Origin: the human T2T-CHM13v2.0 reference genome, Homo sapiens
Assembly (NCBI RefSeq): GCF_009914755.1
Contig: NC_060926.1
DNA length: 64,000 nucleotides
Strand: one strand, 5' to 3'
Shown: one piece after another, positions 55,502 through 64,000 of the stretch
Numbering within the stretch: position 1 is the stretch's first letter
Layout of the letters: every line of letters begins with the position of its first letter
Position numbers and translations under genes: made by a program
The notes under the pieces: model-generated
The model's database searches: none
What the model saw: the letters and a program-made list of their open reading frames with translations, nothing else
What the model was told of the DNA's origin: nothing

Positions 55502-56645
55502 GCTGATAAACTATTTGTGGGTATATAGATCTGTGTATGGATGTCATATACAATCTATTTTTTATTTTTATTTCTTTTTAATATTTGAGTTTCAGACATG
55601 CAGCCCATAAAAGTAAGTTTTTCAGGTAGCTGGTAAATAAGGCTGGTTCATATTGTCTGGACTAGAAAATTTTGATTGACTGTTATATGTGAGCATGAGT
55701 GCATAGATATTATCTGGATAAAGTCCTAGCAATAGACATTATTCTGCTCAGGCACTGAATCCTAATGTATGTAGAGGATAATATTATTAGGTGGATTACT
55801 GCTGATATTTGTGAATAAAAATTACATACAGCTGCTTGAAATAAACCTTTGTTTCATTTCACTTGTAAATCTTCATACTTGCTTTAGTTAATATAGTGAC
55901 TAGGCAGTTTGTATTAGTGTTTGACTTTAACAAAAGTAAAATAAATGCACACAATGGTAAATATAAACAAGCATATGCACACAATAGTAATATAAGCTTT
56001 CTTTTTTCAGAGAAGTATTAAATATATATGCACTTAAATTGGTATGCCTTATAAAAGTTGATTTGGTGAAAATTTAAGTGAATTATGTTTTTCTGCTAAA
56101 CAAGATTTTCCAAAGTATATGTAACATTAAGTAGGTAAAAAGTCCCAGTGAATAGATTTTGAGTTTAAATAGGAATATTTTGATATCTCATGTAAAAACG
56201 CAAAAAAAAAAAAATTTACCATACTTGGAATTGTGTTTTTTATCACTAAACATATCTTCAATTAAATTAATGTCAAGAACTTTGATTTATTGAAAAGTTT
56301 AAAACATCCTTTTATGTTTGAAAAGTCTGTACCTTTGAATAAAAGACAATCATATACCTTATTGTACCAAGGATCCACCCAGAATTATATAGGCTACTTT
56401 ACTTACATTCTAAACAAAAGCTCTAAATTGAGACTTCATTTATTAAAACTTCAGGAAAACCTATTACAAACAAAAATTTCTGGACTTGGGATTCCAAATT
56501 AACTAAATATTTCTTTATTTCTCCACTACCATTAATTTCATGTTTAAGATAGCGAAATAGGCAATAAAAAGCTAACACCTCCAAAAATAATTGGTATAGC
56601 TTCTTTAGAGGAGAATTTAGTAATATTTTGATAATTATGAATCTT

Positions 56646-56955
56646 AGCCAGATGTGGTGTGGCTCACTTTTGGCCTCCCTGAACTTTGGGAGGCCAAGAT
56701 GAGAGGATTGCTTGAGGCCAGGAGTCAAGACCAGCCTGGGGCAACATAGTGAGGCCCTGTCTCTACAAAAAAATTAAAATTTTGTTGGGCAGTCCTAGCT
56801 ACTCCAGAAGGCTGATGGGGAAGGATTGTTTGAGCCCAGGAGATCAAGGCTGCAGTGAACTATGATCTTGCACTGCACTCTGGCCTGGATGACCGAATAA
56901 GACCCTGTTTCTAAAAACAAAACAAAACAAAACAAAAAACAAACCAAAAAAAAAA
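56646..56955 (+). mobile_element. AluJ with (AAAAC)n tail
   Basis: 'aggattgcttgaggccaggag', 'tttgagcccaggagatcaaggctgcagtga'. Confidence 0.9.
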
Positions 56956-58386
56956 CCCACTGTGGATATTGTACTCTTTGACTCAGAAATTTCCATTTAT
57001 CTTTAGGTATACCCAAAAACTTCATTCACAAAACATATTTACAGGCATGTTCAATACAGGATTATTTCTAGTAGTAGAATGTTTATCAACATGAGACTAG
57101 GAAACTAGAGTGTAACCAAATGGAGGAATAATATGGAACTGTGAAAAAACAGGTATATTTGTAGGTAGTGATGTGGAAATATACTTAAGACCAAGCAGAA
57201 AGATTAAGGTGCAAAATTCCTTATATAATTTGATACCTTTTATATAATTTATAAAAAGGCAACATAATATATAGATTTATACATGCTTAAAGATACATAT
57301 GATTGTCTACTTTTCCTGAAATTAATCATTAGACATTTTAATGGGAATTACTTTAGAGGAGTAAGACTGAAGGTGGAGAGAAAGGAGGCTTTCTATCTTT
57401 GTTTCGTGCCTTCCCATACTGTTTGAATTTCTGACCATGTGCATACATTGTATGCAATTATTTTTAATAGCAAAGGTGGTTACAGTGAGCTAATGAGCCA
57501 TTTGTGTTTATTTCCTTTCAGATACTTTTTGTGTTTGAAAAAAAATTAGGAATATCATTTTAACACAGTTTTCAATTAAAAGATTTATCTTGTGTTTTTC
57601 AAAAGAATATTTAAAATGTTTCATTTGCTACTTTCAAATTGATGGCGTGGTATTCACTACCAATATCAATGGGCTGTATTATTTTTGGACACTAGAGGGA
57701 ATTTAGAAATGAGAGAAAATACACTGAAGAACCAATATGGCTCCCAAAGCTCTCTGACTGGATTTCCTTACTCCCACTGAGAACCTCTTTAGAACAAAAG
57801 CATTACTTAAACCGTGGTTGACTTGTAGATATATTCCTAAGAGCTTGTATGTAATTGAATCATATCGTAAGTTCTGGGGAGATTGCTGTTGAGAGGAATC
57901 CTAGTGTGGATTGTCTAGAAAATAATGAAGCTTTTGTAAGACAGGTAACCACTGCTAGTTTATCATTAGATGACAAGATTCTAGTGTTTTATAATCCTCT
58001 TTTCCAGAAGATACTGTAAATCTGAGGTGTGATTATGATTATATTGGTACAATCAGTTTTGTGTGCCTTGAAGAATGTAGGTACTCAATGAATGTTTAAT
58101 CAACTAATTAAAGAAATAAACAGGCTAAAGAAACAAACAGTTATTGTATCTGGGATGTTTTCCCCCTTATTATCCTAATTTAAATGACTGACTGAATTCT
58201 ATTCGGTAACCCTCCTTCTGCATGTATTCATCCATTTCTTCATGTGCTCACTGTAACCCAGGCAGAGTAACAGTCATTGGTGATAAAGATTCTGATCTCA
58301 AAAACTTTTCAATTTAGTGAGAAGACAGACAAGAATAAACAAATCGAAAGAACAAATTGATGGAGAAGATATGAGAAATAGGTGAG

Positions 58387-58805
58387 TGTGATAGACAAAA
58401 ATAAAACATCGTGGGATAAACATTGCTAATAAACATCTGGATTTCCTGTACTTCTGAGTATATGTGGGTTGTACTTCTCCACCCTCTTGGTCATTCATCA
58501 CTATTTGACTAGTTCTAGCCAGTAACATGTGAGTAGAACGGCAATGCAACTGCCAAGCTAAAGTATTGGATGGCTGGTGTTCAGCTCTCCAGCTCTTTCT
58601 TCCTTTGATGTGGCAATCAGGAAAGCATATGTTGACTTGAAGGTGTCATGAGATGAAGAAAACTGAAGTGCTGAGCCACTACATGGAAGGTGCCTTAGCT
58701 AAAGTGTTGCCATACTTGGAAAATTAATGTGAGTAAAAAAATAACTTTCATTATTTAAAGCCAATAAAAATTTGGAGCATAGCCAAGCCTATCCTGACTG
58801 ATACA
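58387..58805 (+). mobile_element. MLT1 (H/I/J-like) LTR
   Basis: 'gactagttctagccagtaacatgtgagtagaa', terminal 'gcatagccaagcctatcctgactgataca'. Confidence 0.65.
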
Positions 58806-58964
58806 CAAGATTAGGCAATGGAGAGTAATGGGGCAGTGCTCCTCATGTAGGATGGCCAAGGAAGGGTCCTCTTACAAAGTGGCAATAGCAGTACAGTTAT
58901 TGTTATTTGGATGTGAATTTCAGAGTCAAGAAGGGGTAGCCGTGGAGAGGAATGGTTCTGGGAT

Positions 58965-59136
58965 ATTGCTGGTGGGCCCCTGCTTGAGTCATGGGAGGAC
59001 ACTTGTCAAAAGTATCGATACCTTGGCCTCACCCTAGACCTGCTGCGTTAGACCCTCTGGAGGCAGCTTTAGGATTCTGTGATTTTAATGAGCTCCCCAG
59101 GTTATTCTGATGCACAGCCAGCTCTTGCAACCACTG
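58965..59136. mobile_element. MER5-family hAT element
   Basis: 'ggcctcaccctagacctgctg...ctgtgattttaatgagctccccaggttattctgatgcacagcca...accactg'. Confidence 0.75.
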
Positions 59137-60572
59137 CATTCAGCTTCAAGCCCTGATGGTTTACCTTTCTGATATATATGGTATGATATATAGAAATTTC
59201 AAATTATATGCCTCTCAGTCTTTTCCTTACTCTGACAGGAAAAAAAAGGAAAACCACATTTCAATTCTCATCAAAAGGACTTTATCTTTTTCCCATAATT
59301 CTGACAGAATATGATTCCTTATATGTCTGTCTTAGTTTGATGGAATCGACTTTAAGTCTTCAAGTCATAATAATATGAAAGACAGGTGTTTTTTATTTGT
59401 TTGTCTTATTTTGACAGGATCAAACTGTAACTTCAAGAATATTATTTTGAGAAAGAAACATCGTGGTAGCCAGAATGTTTTTGCTGTTAGAATTTTTAAA
59501 AAATGAAGATCATTTATTGAATGCTTCATGTATGCACAATCATGCTGCAAAGTAATATATACTCCTCATTGAAATTTAATTTTCACAAAAATATTGGTGC
59601 CTTAAAATTTTTACTCTTTCCTTTCAATGATAGCCTAAAAACTTTTATTTTAATAACTACATTAATGAATAAATTAAAAAATTTAACCCAAGAAGCTGTA
59701 AAGAAGAATAGATTCTTGAGTAATTGTGAATTCATAGTCTTCATTCTAGTTATTTTATATATGTGAAAACTGAGTGATAAAACCTGCATTCAAGGCTTTA
59801 AATTTAGAACTAAAAAGGAAAGCTGCTGCCCAGAGGAAGGACTTACTATAGATAATTACTTTATAAGGTAGCCTCTATTCGATGTTCCAATTTCATATTT
59901 TTTAAAGCCAAATATAAAGTATGTATCACATCTAAGCCTCTTTGCAATTCTGTATAAAAATACTTTTTTAATTAAAATGCGGAGAGATGGTATACAAAGC
60001 AGACTGATCACATTTGTTTTTCTCTACTCCATTCCAGAACCTCCTTCTATAACAGCAAAACTATATAATGTATACAATTTTACGCCTTTATACAAAGTCA
60101 AGAGAACAGGGTAAAATCCTGCTTGCTGCACATAACGGAAGAAAAGTTAATACCAACGAATCCCTCCTCCAACTACCACAAAGACAAGAAGGATATGCCA
60201 ATTCACCATAAACTACAATGATGGTGGAGAATAGGTCAGTTTCTCAGCATTGCAGCTTCAGCCCACAAGATTCCTGTATTTCCCCATATGGGACACTCAA
60301 TGAGAGAGTGAGTGAATGAGAGAGAGGCACTAGATGACAAAACATTTACCCCTGGATTTTTGAGTCACCTTTTTACTTCAAATCCCAGATGACTCTAGCC
60401 AAATAAAAGGATAAATATTCTGTGTTGACCTATTTCCCTCAACCAGAGCCTGGGAAAGAATCTAAAATGGTAATTTGGAGGATGCCTCTTGCTGACAACC
60501 GAATGATCCTTTAAATTCAATCAGGTCTTTTAGTTATTAAACAATAACATTTGTTTATTATTATTGTTAAAT

Positions 60573-60591
60573 TCACCACCAGAGGGAGCTC
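60573..60591 (+). promoter_or_regulatory. Candidate CTCF site
   Basis: CCACCAGAGGGAGC (60576-60589) matches the CTCF core CCASYAGRKGGCRS with one tolerated C>A change, in an AT-rich context. Confidence 0.45.
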
Positions 60592-61442
60592 ATCTTTTCC
60601 TGTCATCTAGAGACCAATAGACTACAAAGTAACGACTGTTCTCCTAATTTCAGTATTAAAATACATAATTTTTGCCTGGGATAAATGTTGGAATGTGTGT
60701 TTACATTGAGCTATTCTAGTTGTCTCAGAAAGCAGCAGAGAAACTTCAATCAACCACAAATTTGTTCTCCAATTTATTACCTCCTCACAACTTTCCCCAA
60801 TGAAAAGAGAAAAATAAATCTACCTAGAGAATTACATTTTCCTCATGTACGCCTCTGGAATTTACCACACTTTTCTAATGAAGCATCATTTCAGAATTTT
60901 CTAGGCTCTCTGAGTCAAAGCACAGCAGAAGGATCTTTGGAGAAAAACGATTGGCTGCTTGATGTTTGCTAAGTCATTTGAAAGTCTAAGATATCTCAAA
61001 TGGAAATCTCCATCTGTGGTGACATAAAATACATCTATATTTAATGTTAATAGTCACTAATATTAAGTGTAAATAAGCAGAGAGAAAGATCGTAGGACCC
61101 TTATTCACCAAATGGATGTAATCCATAACTAATTTTAAAAAATGAAGTCAATCTTTTGGTAGGGAAGTGAATGATCTCTGAAGGTAAACTAAAATCAAGT
61201 CCTAGAAGATGATATTTTAGTTTTCTTTTAGCATCTGCTTGTCAAAAGCAAGAATTTGATTTATTTAAGTCCTTTTTACTGCTAGTAGCAAATACATGCT
61301 TTTTAGGAAGCAGGACCATTTTTATATTTTTGAAACTCAGTGAGTCTGCTATACCTGTAAATATTTGAATACTATAAATGACTAGTGCTGAGGAGAAGGA
61401 TATAGTGTTTCATTAAGTATTTGCTCCATTTTTAAAGAGCCC

Positions 61443-61456
61443 GTGACCATGGCAAC
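61443..61456. promoter_or_regulatory. Candidate RFX X-box
   Basis: GTGACCATGGCAAC fits GTNRCC-AT-RGYAAC; adjacent E-box CAGGTG. Confidence 0.4.
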
Positions 61457-62687
61457 CAGGTGCTGCCAACTGACCCCAATGGCAGCCACATTTGCTGCTT
61501 TATCTCAATTGCTACTGGGAGCACACAAGCTTTATAGATTTATTGAATCACATTAGATTATAGGCAATTTTTAAATGGTTCAAAAGGAGAGGAATAGCTT
61601 GTTTTTAATCTAAAGAAGTAGAATTGTTATGCATGCATTATTTCCTGCAGGTAATATTCATACACAATTTAAGGATTTTAAGAAACAAACGAAAGAGATT
61701 TGTGGACGAATACGGCAGACAGATCATATGTGCTTATTCTTTGCTCCACCCCAGCACCTCTTTCAATACCAGTTAAAGGACATAAGGTAATAATTTTATG
61801 CCTGTCTACAAAGACAAGAGTGCAGGAGAAGAGAAGAGGGAAGGCCAGATTGTCAACAGAATTTTGGAAGTTGGAAAATAGATGGATGAGTCATAACTCA
61901 TTTACAGAGCAGAAATGTTGAAACCAAACTGTCTGTTGGGGGTGGAGGAAATGACAATAACAAGCAAGCTGATTCATGCCATAGACCCTCAAAGGCACAG
62001 TGATAAGAGGGATTAGAATCTTCTGAATAAGCCTAGGATGTGGAGCTGGGAACACAAGACCTAGTTGATTGAGCACTCACACCCCTAAATTTGCACCCCC
62101 AGACACTGAGTAAGGTAACTTTCCTGGAGAGGCAAGCTGAGGGAGCAGTGTATCATAGGGCTGAAAACAAGGGTAATGAGTGGAAATCTGGATACCAAAG
62201 AGCCAGGCAGTCAGCTTCCTGCCCCACCCAGCTCTCAAGCCCTGGACTGGATATTGGCTGATTCTTCTTGAGATATAGGCAAGACACTGCTTTCTTATTA
62301 ATCTCATACTAGTATTAGACTTTTAAACTATATATACATATTTATCACTAAAAAATAATAATAAATTATTAATAGCAGGAAAAAACTGATTTGAATCAGT
62401 GCCCCAAGCCATAGAGATTACATATGTGGTATATAGTGAAAAATTTTAACGTGCATGTCGCTACTCAGTTATGCCAAGTGACAGCTTGTTGTTGGACTTA
62501 TTCTGTTGCCTTGGAATTGGACATAGAGAGCCAAAGTGAGGCTTGAAATACTGAAAGTAACTGCATCCTAAAAAGAGCTGCAAAAAATGAAGATGAGACA
62601 ACCTCTCCAGAGCTTATAAAGATGTAAACAGATACTGCTACCCCCAGCCACTATGTCCAATACCTATCTTCTTCCTCTCCAATCTCT

Positions 62688-63110
62688 TGATATGGTTTGG
62701 ATCTATGTCCCTACCAAATCTCATGTTGACCTGTAATCCCCAGTCTTTGAGGTGGGGCCTAGTGGGAGGTGATTAGATCATGGGGGTGGACTTCTCATGA
62801 ATGGTTTAGTACCATGCCTCCTTGGTAATGTATAGTGAGTGAGTTCTCACCAGATCTGGTTGTTTAAAAGTGTGTGACACCTCCTTCCACCATCTCTCTC
62901 TTCCTCCTTTCCAGCCATGTGAAGCGCTGGCTCCCTCTTTGCCTTCTGCCATGATTGCAAGTTTCCCGAAGCCTCCTCGGTAGCCAAGCAGATGCCAGCA
63001 TCATGCTTCCTGTACATTCGGTGGAACTGTGAGCCAATTAAAGCTCTTTTTTAAATAAATTATCCAGTCTCAGGTATTTATGTATAGCAATGCAAGAACA
63101 AACTAATATG
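62688..63110 (+). mobile_element. MSTA-like 5' LTR
   Basis: 'tgatatggtttggatctatgtccctaccaaatctcatgttg...gcaatgcaagaacaaactaatatg'. Confidence 0.92.
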
Positions 63111-64000
63111 GAAAATTGGTACTGAGGAGTGGGGCATTATTATAATGATACCTGAAAATGTGGAAGCAGCTTTGAAACTGGATAATGGGCAGGCAGAGGT
63201 TGGAACGGTTTGGAGGGCTCAGAAGAAGACAGGAAGTTGAGGAAAAGTTTAGAACTTCCAAAAGACTTGTTGAATGGTTGTAACTAAAATGCTGATAGTG
63301 ATATGGAGAGTGAAGTTGAGGCTGAGGAGGTCTCAGATGGAAATGAGGAACTTATTGGGAACTGGAGTAAAGGTCACTTTTGCTATGCTTTAGCAAAGAG
63401 TCTAGTTGCTGTCAGGCCTCTGAGCCCAAGCTAAGCCATCATAACCCCTGTGACCTGCACGTATACATCCAGATGGCCTGAAACAACTGAAGAACCACAA
63501 AAGAAGTGAAACAGCCAGTTCCTGCCTTAACTGATGACATTCCACCATTGTGATTTGTTCCTGCCCCACCCTAACTGATCAATGGACCTTGTGACATTCC
63601 TTCTCCTGGACAATGAGTCTCAGGAGCTCCCCACCAAGCACCTTGTGACCCCCGCCCCTGCCCGCAAGAGAAAACCACCTTTAACTGTAATTTTCCACTA
63701 CCTACCCAAATCCTATAAAACTGGCCCACCCCACCTCCCTTTGCTGACTCCTTTTTCAGACTCAGTCCACCTGCACTCAGGTGATTAAAAAGCTTTATTG
63801 CTCACACAAAGCCTGTTTGGTGGTCTCTTCACATGGATGCACCTAAGAGTTGCATTATGCCCCTGCTCTAGGGATCTGTAGAACTTTAAACTTGAGAGTA
63901 ATGATTAAGGGTTTTTGGCAGAAGAAATTTTAAGCAACAAAGCATTCAGGATAGCCTGGCTACTTCTAACAACCTATGCTTATATGTGTGAACAAAGAAA
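63111..64000 (+). mobile_element. MST internal sequence, split by LTR7 and continuing beyond the window
   Basis: 'gaaaattggtactgaggagtggggc...aatgtggaagcagctttgaaactgg...gaggttggaacggtttggagggctcagaagaagacagg'; resumes after 63853. Confidence 0.92.
63410..63848 (+). mobile_element. HERV-H solo LTR (LTR7 family, 7B/7C-like)
   Basis: 'tgtcaggcctctgagcccaagctaagccatc...cccaaatcctataaaac...attaaaaagctttattgctcacacaaagcctgtttggtggtctcttcac'; TSD gttgc at 63405-63409 and 63849-63853. Confidence 0.96.

Overview
This is AT-rich, CpG-poor, non-coding primate genomic DNA. AluY, a young L1PA2-like element and an LTR7 point to human or another great ape. I see no supportable protein-coding gene, rRNA, tRNA, CRISPR array or CpG island, and essentially all listed ORFs derive from Alu, L1, LTR or microsatellite sequence. 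Much of the window is interspersed repeat: about 14 Alus, L1PA/L1PB/L1M pieces, L2, MIR, MaLR LTRs (THE1/MST/MLT1), an ERV1-type LTR, an HERV-H LTR7 solo LTR, MER5/MER58 and two MADE1 elements, often nested. I cannot support a new biological system from this sequence. The best leads are (1) a twin-primed L1PA2-like insertion whose inversion junction is a perfect 18-bp palindrome; (2) two adjacent, independently inserted AluYs sharing non-consensus bases; (3) a MADE1 hairpin with mirrored substitutions (miR-548-like); (4) candidate PBX-HOX/MEIS enhancers and a CTCF/RFX/AP-1 cluster; (5) a candidate 63-nt exon; (6) an LTR7 nested in an MST element; and (7) a strong + strand bias of LTRs. Subfamily names come from recalled consensus sequences, not from a RepeatMasker run, and boundaries of old repeats are approximate.
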